The position numbers were made by a program, and so were the translations under genes. Below are positions 1 to 8,952 of a stretch of 64,000 bases of DNA, in pieces. Origin of the DNA: Phenylobacterium sp. (GTDB lineage: Bacteria; Pseudomonadota; Alphaproteobacteria; Caulobacterales; Caulobacteraceae); assembly GCF_036495085.1 (NCBI RefSeq), contig NZ_DASXNL010000008.1, forward strand, positions 30,015 to 94,014. Reading direction: 5' to 3'. The notes under the pieces are model-generated. The model saw only the letters and a list, made by a program, of their open reading frames with translations, searched no databases and was not told the origin of the DNA. Numbering within the stretch: the first letter of the stretch is position 1; each line of letters starts with the position of its first letter.

Positions 1-63
1 CTCGGGGCGATGGGGAACAAGCTGGTTGGCACGTTCAACAAGGTGTCGACCGCTCTGCCATAG
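1..63 (+). CDS. Flp/Tad type IVb pilin, 3' end only (gene starts before window)
   Basis: Frame 1 reads LGAMGNKLVGTFNKVSTALP*, closely paralleling the C-terminus of the pilin at 337-501 (LGLMGNKLANTFNTVTSDLP*). Confidence 0.85.
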   Translation, partial: LGAMGNKLVGTFNKVSTALP

Positions 64-92
64 GGCCAGATCCCCAAAACAGTCATTCCAAG

Positions 93-126
93 AAACCCCC
101 GGCGGGCATCTCGCCGGGGGTTTTTT
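93..126 (+). terminator. Intrinsic terminator after first pilin
   Basis: CCCCCGGCG-ggcatct-CGCCGGGGG followed by T6. Confidence 0.9.
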
Positions 127-205
127 GTCTAAAGGCCAGGACGGAAAATAAACAAAAGTTTCATGTCGTTGATTCCTCTATAATAATCGTCAAAGTCAGG
201 AATTG

Positions 206-270
206 TTAAGTACGCCTATAAATTGTGCCACCCGGTTTACTCGCGATTAAGTCACTTATGGCATTTTTAT
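206..270 (+). promoter_or_regulatory. Cluster of degenerate CtrA boxes in pilin promoter
   Basis: TTAA-N7-TATA (206-220), TTTA-N7-TTAA (236-250) and TTAT-N7-TTAT (256-270) in an AT-rich region upstream of pilA; Caulobacter pilA is a known CtrA target. Confidence 0.7.
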
Positions 271-336
271 ATTGCAATTTGGGCGGCAACCGAAGGGCTT
301 GCAGCTCCAGTCTTTGGATATAGAGGAGATCAAGTC

Positions 337-501
337 ATGGGTAAGTTCGTGCAAAAGTTCGCGAGTGATGAGTCTGGCGCCACCGCCATCGAATACGGTC
401 TCATCGCCGCCCTGGTCGCCGTGGTCCTGGTGACCGCGCTTGGCCTGATGGGCAACAAGCTGGCCAACACCTTCAACACGGTGACCAGCGACCTGCCGTA
501 A
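337..501 (+). CDS. pilA: Flp family type IVb pilin
   Basis: MGKFVQKFASDESG|ATAIEYGLIAAL Flp cleavage/motif; RBS AGAGGAG at 322-328 supports start at 337 rather than 223. Confidence 0.95.
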   Translation: MGKFVQKFASDESGATAIEYGLIAALVAVVLVTALGLMGNKLANTFNTVTSDLP

Positions 502-530
502 GCCGCGGCGTTCGTTCCGTTCAAAAAGGA

Positions 531-559
531 GCCCCGGCGATCCCTCGCCGGGGCTTTTT
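531..559 (+). terminator. Intrinsic terminator after second pilin
   Basis: GCCCCGGCGA-tccc-TCGCCGGGGC-TTTTT. Confidence 0.9.
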
Positions 560-625
560 CCTGTTGGCTGGGTGAAACCCTCCGTTCATCTGCAGGCGCC
601 AAGTTCGCCCGGACGGAGTGACGCG

Positions 626-1135
626 ATGATTCACCTTTTGCAGACCCTCTTGCTGCTGGTCTTCCCTGCGCTGGTGATATTCGCCGGCCTGCGCGACGCG
701 ACGACCTACATCATACCCAATTGGATCTCCCTGGCGCTCGTCGCGGCCTTTCCCGTGGCGGCCCTGGCTCTTGGCCTGCCGCTGCCGACCATAGCCCTGC
801 AGTTCGGGATCGGCGCCGCTGCTCTTGTCCTGGGCTTCGCGATGTACGCCGTGCGCTGGATCGGCGGCGGAGACGCCAAGCTGTTCGCCGCCGCGGCGCT
901 CTGGATTGGCTGGCCGGCGGCGGTGACCTACCTCGGCCTGACCGGAATCGCAGGAGGCGTGCTGGCGGTGGCGCTGCTGGGCATCCGCTCGGCTTACGTT
1001 CGGCCCTTCATCCCATCGGGACCCCGCTGGCTTGCTCGCCTGATCGAACCCGGGGAAAGCGTGCCCTACGGCGTCGCGATCGCGGCCGGCGCCTTGGCGG
1101 CGTTCCCGGCCTCGGCGTTGTTCGCCAGGCTTTGA
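626..1135 (+). CDS. cpaA: Prepilin peptidase CpaA (A24 family)
   Basis: Hydrophobic protein with GLRDATTYIIPNW and IGGGDAKL aspartate motifs, C-terminal VPYGVAIAAG; adjacent to pilA. Confidence 0.92.
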   Translation: MIHLLQTLLLLVFPALVIFAGLRDATTYIIPNWISLALVAAFPVAALALGLPLPTIALQFGIGAAALVLGFAMYAVRWIGGGDAKLFAAAALWIGWPAAVTYLGLTGIAGGVLAVALLGIRSAYVRPFIPSGPRWLARLIEPGESVPYGVAIAAGALAAFPASALFARL

Positions 1136-1217
1136 TCACGCGCCGGCAGCGGTTGCGGGTCTGGCGCGGATACGACTAGGAGAGAATATCCTGCCCCCCT
1201 CTCGCGAAGGCGCTCCG

Positions 1218-2597
1218 ATGTCCGACGTGATCCTCGAAAACGCGGAAGGCCCTGCGGTCCCCGTGCACGCGCTCCTCGAGAGCGAGACAGCCTCGGCGCT
1301 GAACGCCTCGCCACCGGCGGCCAAAGCCTTCGCGGCGATCTCCGATTTCAAAGGCAAGGCCGGCCAGGTTCTGGCCGTGCCGGGCGCCGACGGAGCGCTG
1401 GCGAGCGTACTGTTCGGCCTCGGCGGTGGCGGCGATCCGATGGTGTTCCGCACGCTGGCCGCCAAGCTCCCCGCCGGGACCTACCAGATCAAGCGGGCGC
1501 CTGAAGGCTTGGATGCCGGCCAAGCCGCACTGGCCTTCGCGCTCGGGAGCTATCGGTTCGACCGCTATAAAACCCACGGCGGCGAGCGCGCCAAACTGGT
1601 CGCCGACGGTGTCGACGTGGCTGAGGTCCGCCAGGTGGCGCACGCCTGCGCGCTGGCCCGCGACATGATAAACACGCCGGCCAACGACTTGGGGCCCCTG
1701 CAGCTCGAAACCGTCGCCCGCGAGATCGCCGAGCAGCACGGGGCCCAGTTCACCGTCATCGCCGGCGATGGACTGCTGGAGGCGAACTACCCTGCCGTGC
1801 ACGCGGTGGGCCGCGCCGCCACTCCCGCGCGCGCGCCAAGGATGATCGAACTCACCTGGGGTGAGGCCGGCAAGCCGCTGGTCTGTCTGGTGGGCAAGGG
1901 CGTTGTGTTCGACTCAGGGGGCCTCGATATAAAGCCTTCGGCCGGAATGCGGCAGATGAAGAAGGACATGGGCGGGGCGGCGCACGCGCTGGCGCTCGGG
2001 CGCATGATCATGGCGGCCGGCCTGTCTGTTCGCTTGGCGGTGCTGGTCCCGGTCGTGGAGAACGCCATTTCGGGCGACGCCATGCGGCCGGGCGACGTCT
2101 TGGCCTCACGCAAGGGCCTGTCTATCGAGGTCGGCAACACCGATGCGGAAGGGCGCCTGATCCTGGCTGATGCGCTTACCCGCGCCGGCGAACTGGAACC
2201 TGCCCTGACGATCGACATGGCCACACTCACCGGGGCCGCGCGCGTAGCGCTCGGGCCGCAGTTGCCGCCGTTCTACACCGACGACGAGGCCCTCGCCGCG
2301 GACATCGAGCGGGCGGCCAAGGCGGCGGCCGACCCGGTGTGGCGTATGCCGTTGTGGAAGGGCTACGCCGAGGCCCTCGATAGCGATGTGGCCGAGATCA
2401 AGAATGACCCCGACGCGTGGGCGCAGGCCGGCTCGGTGACGGCGGCGCTCTTCCTGCAGCGCTTCGCGCCGGCGGGGCCCTGGGCGCACTTCGACATCTT
2501 CGCTTGGAACCCGCGGAACCGGCCAGGCTTCCCGGCAGGCGCCGAGGCGCAGGCCATCCGCGGACTCTATCGCATGATCCGGGAGCGATTTGGGTGA
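1218..2597 (+). CDS. M17 leucyl aminopeptidase family protein (PepB-like)
   Basis: LVGKGVVFDSGGLDIK, MKKDMGGAA and NTDAEGRLILAD M17 signatures. Confidence 0.95.
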   Translation: MSDVILENAEGPAVPVHALLESETASALNASPPAAKAFAAISDFKGKAGQVLAVPGADGALASVLFGLGGGGDPMVFRTLAAKLPAGTYQIKRAPEGLDAGQAALAFALGSYRFDRYKTHGGERAKLVADGVDVAEVRQVAHACALARDMINTPANDLGPLQLETVAREIAEQHGAQFTVIAGDGLLEANYPAVHAVGRAATPARAPRMIELTWGEAGKPLVCLVGKGVVFDSGGLDIKPSAGMRQMKKDMGGAAHALALGRMIMAAGLSVRLAVLVPVVENAISGDAMRPGDVLASRKGLSIEVGNTDAEGRLILADALTRAGELEPALTIDMATLTGAARVALGPQLPPFYTDDEALAADIERAAKAAADPVWRMPLWKGYAEALDSDVAEIKNDPDAWAQAGSVTAALFLQRFAPAGPWAHFDIFAWNPRNRPGFPAGAEAQAIRGLYRMIRERFG

Positions 2598-3442
2598 GCG
2601 CCTCGCTGGAGAGCGAGGATCCGCGGGTGACCCCGATGCGCGATGGCATCGCCAGCCGCGCCCTGGAGGGGCTGGTCCGCGCCGAAGTCTACCTCGATCC
2701 CAAGATCATGAGCTGTGTGGTTCCAGCCGCCGGGATTCATCGCGCGCCGGACGTGGCGTCGGAACAGATGGACCAGATCCTGTTTGGCGAGACCTTCGAG
2801 ATCATCGAGGAAGAAGGCGGCTTCTTCTGGGGCCAGGCCAGGCGCGACGGCTATGTCGGCTTCGTCGTGGACGCATCGCTTGCGCCGCCGGGGCCGGAGC
2901 CGACTCACCGCGTCAGCGCTGTCCGCACCTACGCCTTCGCCGAACCGAGCATCAAGAGCCGGGCGAGCGGCCCTTTTTCAATGAACGCGCTGGTCGCCGT
3001 CGAGGCGCAGGAGGGGCGACTCAGCAAGGTGGCCGGTGGCGGCTGGACGACCTCCGATCACCTCACGCCGATTGGCGTGTTCGAGAGCGACGCTGCGGCC
3101 GTCGCCGAGCGTTTCCTAGGCGCGCCGTACCTTTGGGGCGGCCGCGAGAGCCTGGGCCTCGATTGCTCGGGCCTGGTGCAGCAGGCGCTGTTCGCCTGCG
3201 GTTTGGCCTGTCCCCGCGATGCCGACCAGCAGGCGCATATCGGACGGCCGATCGAGCGCGAGGCGTTCGGGCGTGGCGACCTGGTGTTCTGGAAGGGTCA
3301 CGTCGCGATCGGGCTCGACAAGACGCGCATCGTCCATGCGAACGGCCACCACATGATGGTCGCCGTCGAGCCGCTGGAGACTGCGATCAGCCGGATTTCC
3401 CGAGCCGGCGAAGGCCAGCCGACGGCGTTCCGCCGGCTCTAG
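2594..3442 (+). CDS. NlpC/P60 (C40) peptidase with N-terminal SH3-like domain
   Basis: PYLWGGRESLGLDCSGLVQ and GDLVFWKGHVAI catalytic motifs; GTG start overlaps upstream TGA. Confidence 0.9.
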   Translation: MSASLESEDPRVTPMRDGIASRALEGLVRAEVYLDPKIMSCVVPAAGIHRAPDVASEQMDQILFGETFEIIEEEGGFFWGQARRDGYVGFVVDASLAPPGPEPTHRVSAVRTYAFAEPSIKSRASGPFSMNALVAVEAQEGRLSKVAGGGWTTSDHLTPIGVFESDAAAVAERFLGAPYLWGGRESLGLDCSGLVQQALFACGLACPRDADQQAHIGRPIEREAFGRGDLVFWKGHVAIGLDKTRIVHANGHHMMVAVEPLETAISRISRAGEGQPTAFRRL

Positions 3443-3447
3443 CGCGG

Positions 3448-4170
3448 CTACTTCGCGGCGGGAGGTTTGCCGGCGTCAGGCTTGGTCGCGGCGGGAGCCG
3501 TGGCCGGAGCCGCAGGTGCGGCGGGCGCGGCACCAGCCGCCGCGGGCTTGTCGCCCGGCGCCGCGGCGGCGCCCGCCGCCGGAGCGGCGCCCGCCGCCGG
3601 AGCAGCAGCCGCGGCGGCCGCCGGGTTCGGGGCCGGGATCGGCAGGCTGGAGCCCTGGCCGTGCAGGTAGGCGATGACGTTGATGCGGTCCTGTTGTTGC
3701 TTGAGACCGACGAAGGTCATCTTCGTGCCGTTGATGTAGGCCTGCGGGCCCTTCACGAACTCATAGATGTGCTCGTAGTCCCAAATCGGCTGCTTGGCGG
3801 CGAAGGCCTTCATTCCGTCGGAATAGGCGAAGCCCGCATGGCTGGCCGGCGCGCGTCCGACGACGCCCCAGAGGTTCGGGCCGGTGCCGTTGGGGCCGCC
3901 ATTGTCGGCGTTGTGGCAGGACTTGCATTTCTCGAAGACCGCGGCGCCGGCCACGGGATCTGCGGTCTTCAACACCGTGCCCCAGTCGGGCGGAACTTCA
4001 GGTGCGGCGGCGCCGCCGCCGGCCGCTTCCTGGACCTCGACCTTGAAGCCTGGTTTGGCGACTTTTTCCTGGCTGAAGACGCCCCCTGTGAGCTGCACCA
4101 GTCCGGCAATGACAAAGCATGTCGCCAGCACAGCGCCGGCGTACTTATTGAAGGTCAGACTGTCGCTCAT
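3448..4170 (-). CDS. Membrane-anchored cytochrome c (CycM/c2-like) with Ala/Pro-rich tail
   Basis: CKSCH heme motif, GPNLWGVVGR, GTKMTFVGLK; N-terminal TM helix. Confidence 0.93.
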   Translation of the reverse strand: MSDSLTFNKYAGAVLATCFVIAGLVQLTGGVFSQEKVAKPGFKVEVQEAAGGGAAAPEVPPDWGTVLKTADPVAGAAVFEKCKSCHNADNGGPNGTGPNLWGVVGRAPASHAGFAYSDGMKAFAAKQPIWDYEHIYEFVKGPQAYINGTKMTFVGLKQQQDRINVIAYLHGQGSSLPIPAPNPAAAAAAAPAAGAAPAAGAAAAPGDKPAAAGAAPAAPAAPATAPAATKPDAGKPPAAK

Positions 4171-4318
4171 CGTCCCGAAATCAGCCCTCTAATCGCCAGA
4201 AGCACAAGCCGGCGAAAGCGCGGGAATCCCGCCCCTTGTTGCGTCCGGCTCTCTTACACGCTACCGGCGCTCGCGCAACCGCCCAAGCACAGCCACAAGC
4301 ATTGCCCCTGCTCATCCC

Positions 4319-5071
4319 ATGACGCCCATCGTCCTGATCCCAGCGCGCATGGCCGCGACCCGCCTGCCCGGAAAGCCGCTGGCCGATATCGGTGGTCTGC
4401 CGATGATCGTGCGTGTGCTGAGGCAGGCGGAGGCTGCGGACCTTGGTCCCGTGGCCGTGGCGGCCGGCGACGCCGAGGTCGTCGCGGCGGTAGAGTCCGC
4501 AGGTGGTCGCGCGGTGCTCACGGAGCCCGACCTCGCCTCCGGTTCCGACCGCATTGTCGCCGCGCTCGCCGTGCTCGATCCTCAGAGGCGCCATGACGTG
4601 GTCATCAACCTACAGGGCGACATCCCCTTCGTCCGGCCCGATGCAGTTGTGGCCGTGGCGCGGTTGCTCGAAGCGAGGCAAGGGTGCGACATTTCGACGG
4701 TCATGGTCGCTGAGGCGGATCCGGCGGAACGCACGAACCCTGACATTCCCAAGGTGGTGGCGGCCATGGAAGCTGACGGCCGCTCGGCGCGCGCGCTCTA
4801 TTTTACCCGCTCGGTGCTTTACGGAGACGCGCCGGTCTGGCTGCACCACGGCATCTACGGATTCCGGCGCGAGGCGCTGGAGCGCTTTACAGCAGCCCGG
4901 CCATCGCCGCTGGAGCGACGCGAGCGGCTGGAGCAATTGCGGGCGCTGGAGCTCGGGATGTCGATCTGGGCTGCGGTTATCGATGAGGCTCCGATCTCGG
5001 TGGACAATCCAGCCGACCTAGCGCGCGCCCGCGCGTACGCCCGATCGATCCAGGACAGGGGGAGCTTATGA
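4319..5071 (+). CDS. kdsB: 3-deoxy-manno-octulosonate cytidylyltransferase
   Basis: IPARMAATRLPGKPLADI, SGSDR, INLQGD and ERLEQLRALE motifs. Confidence 0.95.
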   Translation: MTPIVLIPARMAATRLPGKPLADIGGLPMIVRVLRQAEAADLGPVAVAAGDAEVVAAVESAGGRAVLTEPDLASGSDRIVAALAVLDPQRRHDVVINLQGDIPFVRPDAVVAVARLLEARQGCDISTVMVAEADPAERTNPDIPKVVAAMEADGRSARALYFTRSVLYGDAPVWLHHGIYGFRREALERFTAARPSPLERRERLEQLRALELGMSIWAAVIDEAPISVDNPADLARARAYARSIQDRGSL

Positions 5072-5913
5072 GCCAGGGACGTATCGCCTTTCAGGGCGAA
5101 CTCGGCGCCAACAGCCACGAGGCCTGCATGGCGGCCTTCCCGGATCTGGAGCCGGTCCCGCACGCGACCTTCGAGGCCGCCTTCCAGGCCGTGAAGACCG
5201 GCGACTGCCAGCTCGGCATGATCCCGGTGGAAAACTCCACGGCCGGTCGCGTTGCGGACGTGCACCACCTTCTGCCGGCGTCGGGCCTGAAGATCGTCGG
5301 CGAGCGGTTCAAGCCGATCCACTTCCAGCTGATGGCCAACCCGGGCGTGAAGCTTGAGGACGTCGAGACCGCCGTGAGCATGGCCTTTGGACTGGCTCAA
5401 TGCAGCAAGCTCATCCGCCAGCTTAAGCTGAAGACCGAATCTGTCGGCGACACGGCCGGCGCGGCGAAGCTGCTGGCGCAGAATCCCGATCCGACGCGGG
5501 CGGCGATTTCGCCGGCGCTGGCGGCTGAAATCTACGGCCTGAATATCCTCGCCCGCGATGTCGAGGACGAGCATCACAACACCACCCGATTCCTGGTGAT
5601 GACCGCAGAGAAAACGCCGGCCCCGCCGCCGTTCACGACGCCCTGCATCACCAGCTTCGTATTCCGCGTCAGGAACCTGCCGGCGGCGCTCTACAAGGCG
5701 ATGGGCGGGTTCGCGACCAACGGCGTCAACATCTCCAAGCTCGAGAGCTACATGGAGAACGGCGCCTGGACGGCCACATTCTTCTACGCCGAGGCCGATG
5801 GTCGACCCGAGGACCGCGGCTTGGCCCTGGCCTTCGAGGAGCTGCAATTCTTCTCGGAAAAATTCGAGATTCTGGGCGTCTACCCGGCCGATCCGTTCCG
5901 AACGCGCGGGTAG
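5068..5913 (+). CDS. pheA: Prephenate dehydratase
   Basis: IAFQGELGANS, IPVENSTAG, NTTRF motif and ACT domain (ISKLESY). Confidence 0.95.
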   Translation: MSQGRIAFQGELGANSHEACMAAFPDLEPVPHATFEAAFQAVKTGDCQLGMIPVENSTAGRVADVHHLLPASGLKIVGERFKPIHFQLMANPGVKLEDVETAVSMAFGLAQCSKLIRQLKLKTESVGDTAGAAKLLAQNPDPTRAAISPALAAEIYGLNILARDVEDEHHNTTRFLVMTAEKTPAPPPFTTPCITSFVFRVRNLPAALYKAMGGFATNGVNISKLESYMENGAWTATFFYAEADGRPEDRGLALAFEELQFFSEKFEILGVYPADPFRTRG

Positions 5914-6014
5914 ATCTCGGCTGGCCCTCTTCGGGGAGCCTTACTGGAGGGATCCTCCGGTTCTGAAGGGCGCGCCCTCTGTCGTTTCACGCCACACCCC
6001 GCGGGGGGCGCGAT

Positions 6015-6950
6015 CTAACTCCCTTCCTCCACCCAGGCTTTTATGAGCTGGTGGGCGATGGCCATGCGCTGGGGCGCGAAGGTTCCGTCGAGCCTGCCGG
6101 CGATGAGTTCGCGGGCCTCGTCACGGGTGAACCAGCGGACTTCGGAGAGCTCAGTCTGGTCGGGGGAGCCCTCTTCATCCTCGACCTCGGCGATCAGGCC
6201 GATCATCAGTGACGACGGATAGGGCCAGGGCTGGGTCGAGTGGTAGCGGACCTTCACGGCGTGCAGGCCCGCCTCCTCGTTGAGTTCGCGCGCGCAGGCC
6301 TCCTCGATGCTCTCGCCAGGCTCCAGGAAACCGGCCAGCGCCGAGAACATGCCCTTGGGCCAGGCCTCCTGGCGGCCCAGCATGCAGCGCTCGCCGTGGT
6401 AGGGCAGCATGATCACCACCGGGTCGGTGCGCGGGAAGTGCTCTGACCCGCAGGCCGGGCACTGGCGCTTCCAGCCGCCGTCGGTGGCCTCACTGGGTTC
6501 GCCGCAGACCGCGCAGTGCTTGTGCCGGCGGCGCCACTCGAACATCTGCTTGGCGGTGGCGAGGATCGCGGCGTCGGGGCCGGGGACTTTGAGGGCGATT
6601 GCGCGCAGATCCTCGAATTTTCCGAACCCCTGGAGCGGTCCATCGCCCGGATCTGCGGAGTCCTCCATGTCGACCGCGAAGACCGCGGTATCTTTCCAGA
6701 GGCCCATGAACAGCAGCCGCTCGGGGCCGCCAGCCAGCTCACCGACCAGCTTGGCCGGCAAATAGGCGATCTGCATACCGCCTTCCTTGGACGGCTCCAC
6801 GAAGGGCCGCCCGTTCCACATGGCCAAGCCGATCGAATCGGGCGCCGCCAGCTGCTCGGCGATCCACTCGGGTTTGGCGCGGCGGTCGCTGGCGCGATCC
6901 AGCGGATTGCCGGCGAAGGTGTTCTGGAAGGCGTCTAGTGGCATGGGCAC
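6015..6950 (-). CDS. nudC: NAD(+) diphosphatase
   Basis: Zn ribbon CAVCG..CPACG, FPRTDPVVI, Nudix box AGFLEPGESIEEACARELNEE, QPWP. Confidence 0.95.
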   Translation of the reverse strand: MPMPLDAFQNTFAGNPLDRASDRRAKPEWIAEQLAAPDSIGLAMWNGRPFVEPSKEGGMQIAYLPAKLVGELAGGPERLLFMGLWKDTAVFAVDMEDSADPGDGPLQGFGKFEDLRAIALKVPGPDAAILATAKQMFEWRRRHKHCAVCGEPSEATDGGWKRQCPACGSEHFPRTDPVVIMLPYHGERCMLGRQEAWPKGMFSALAGFLEPGESIEEACARELNEEAGLHAVKVRYHSTQPWPYPSSLMIGLIAEVEDEEGSPDQTELSEVRWFTRDEARELIAGRLDGTFAPQRMAIAHQLIKAWVEEGS

Positions 6951-7007
6951 ATCTTCTAGGGCCCAAGCCTCGCTTCGTCATCCCAGGCTTTGCCGCCCCG
7001 CCGATGC

Positions 7008-7289
7008 TCAGGCCCGGGCGCGGACGCCGAAGCGCTGAGCGGCCCGTACCTTGGCCTTCTGCGCCTCGGTCTCGCGGTCGCGCGGCGGGGCGTGGGTCTC
7101 AAGGCCGTGCAGCAACCGGTGGCCGGCTGTGAACACATCCTCGACCGCGGCGTTGAACGCCGCCTCATTGGCTTTCGAGGGGGCATTGAAGCCGGTGAGT
7201 TTGCGTACGAACTGCAGCGACGCCGCGCGGATCTCATCGTCGCTCACGGGCGGATCGAAGTTGAACAGGGTTTTGATGTTGCGGCACAT
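7008..7289 (-). CDS. DUF2277 family small protein
   Basis: MCRNIKTLFNFDPP..DDEIRAASLQFVRKLTGF family-typical N-terminus; start at 7289. Confidence 0.85.
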   Translation of the reverse strand: MCRNIKTLFNFDPPVSDDEIRAASLQFVRKLTGFNAPSKANEAAFNAAVEDVFTAGHRLLHGLETHAPPRDRETEAQKAKVRAAQRFGVRARA

Positions 7290-7438
7290 GAGGAGCCCTC
7301 CGTGGCGACAGGATAGCGCCATCGAGCCGCGGCGTGGAGCGCGGCGGCGCGATCCCGCCCAAATGGATGCGGGTACGCTGCGATAGCGTCTTACCCGTTC
7401 ATCAGATTGAAATGATAGATGTTCACTTTTTGGCCGCA

Positions 7439-7454
7439 CGGCGTAATAGTTGCC
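7439..7454 (+). promoter_or_regulatory. Possible sigma54 -24/-12 promoter
   Basis: CGGCGTA-ATAG-TTGC has the GG-N10-GC spacing ~50 nt upstream of 7505; the -24 element deviates from TGGCAC. Confidence 0.35.
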
Positions 7455-7504
7455 TCGCTGGTGTGGTGACGGGCGCCGGCGAGTAAGTTTTTTGGGGGCG
7501 CCCG

Positions 7505-8701
7505 ATGCCTCAAGATGCTGCCACGATCAACCTGTCCGCCCTACGGGGGCCAGAGCTTCGGCGATTGCTCGACTCCTCCCGCGAACGCGGCCAGGCCGCG
7601 CTCTCCTATCAGATCCTGCAGGAGATGGCGTCGCGCCGCGAACGCCGCGAGAAAGGCGGGCCAAAGGCCCTCTTCACCGGGCGGCGGCCGGCCGAGCCGC
7701 GTGTAATCTCGGTCGACTTCAGCGATCCCCTGGAGCGCGAGAACGACGCGGCGCTGGATGATTTGCCGCCGCTCGCCGCCTGGCGCGCGCCGTCGTCTGA
7801 GCCGGACCCGGCCGCCACTCTGCGCCTGGAGACCGAGGCGCCGGCGCCTCGAGCATCGCGGCGAGCGGCCAAGCCACCGAAGCCCACAGCGGACCTGGGG
7901 GCAAGCCCAGAGCCCCCCGAGCCGCAAGAGGAGCCGCCGCCGCTGACCAATTGGGGGCCCTCGTCGCCCGAGCCGGACCTGGCTTCTCTCCAACTGGAGA
8001 CGCCGACGCCCGCCCGGCCGCCGCGCCGATCGCGCTGGCTGGCAGCCGGCTTCGCCGCCGGTATCGCCGCCGGCGTCGCCGTCGGCTGGTGGGGCGCGGC
8101 GCTAACCCGCGGAACTCCGCCCCTCCGTGTGGCCTCGGCCGACCCCGCAGCACATACCGCCACGCCGCCGGCGCTCAGGGCTGCGCCCGCAGCGGCCACG
8201 CCGGCCAATGCGGCAGTCGCCCCGATCGCCGCCGAGCCCGAGCCAATTCCCGAGGCTCCGTCGGACGCGACCGCCAGTTCTCCGCCGCCGGAATCCCAAG
8301 AGACGACCTCAGCGTTCCCGGCCGCGTCGGACGCGGCCCGAGACACTGCGGCCACTGCGACGGCGTCCCAACCGTCTGCTGCCGCGCCCACGCCGACAGA
8401 GGTTGTGAGGATCGCGCCGGCCGGCCCCAAGGGCTGCGCAGCCAAGCCGACCCCGGCGGACCGGACGATATGCGAGGTTCCGAAATTGCAACGTCTGCAG
8501 CGGGACCTGCAGGCGTCCTATGCCAAGGCGTTGGCGGCTCACGAGGATCGCGACCTGCTGCGCGAGCACCAGCTTGCCTGGCGCGACGCCCGCAATGACG
8601 TATCCGACCCCGATCGCCTGGCCCGTCTCTACGAGCAACGTATCCAGAAGCTGAAGGCGGCGACGGCCGTTGCGCGCCAGCAACGGGAAGCCCCCCACTG
8701 A
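7505..8701 (+). CDS. Single-pass membrane protein with Pro/Ala-rich linkers and C-terminal LprI/DUF1311-like domain
   Basis: TM WLAAGFAAGIAAGVAVGWWG; C-terminal C..KPT.ADRTIC..PKL..L..DL..SY..AL...Q.AW..ARN..LY..RI pattern. Confidence 0.65.
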   Translation: MPQDAATINLSALRGPELRRLLDSSRERGQAALSYQILQEMASRRERREKGGPKALFTGRRPAEPRVISVDFSDPLERENDAALDDLPPLAAWRAPSSEPDPAATLRLETEAPAPRASRRAAKPPKPTADLGASPEPPEPQEEPPPLTNWGPSSPEPDLASLQLETPTPARPPRRSRWLAAGFAAGIAAGVAVGWWGAALTRGTPPLRVASADPAAHTATPPALRAAPAAATPANAAVAPIAAEPEPIPEAPSDATASSPPPESQETTSAFPAASDAARDTAATATASQPSAAAPTPTEVVRIAPAGPKGCAAKPTPADRTICEVPKLQRLQRDLQASYAKALAAHEDRDLLREHQLAWRDARNDVSDPDRLARLYEQRIQKLKAATAVARQQREAPH

Positions 8702-8771
8702 GGCTCAAGGCAGCGCACCCGCGACCTCCTTGCCCTTGCCTCCGCACTCCCGATCCGCCATATCCCCGCGC

Positions 8772-8865
<94 letters not shown>

Positions 8866-8952
8866 ACCTCTTCCTCCTGATCTCGATATTCTCCTCGACG
8901 GTGTCCGCGGACACCGGCTTTCCCCTTTGCCGGGAGCGGACCATCCTCTTAC

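Noticed and set aside
223-336. 92-aa version of the pilin ORF
   Set aside because: The extension covers the AT-rich promoter; the RBS and Flp leader length support the start at 337
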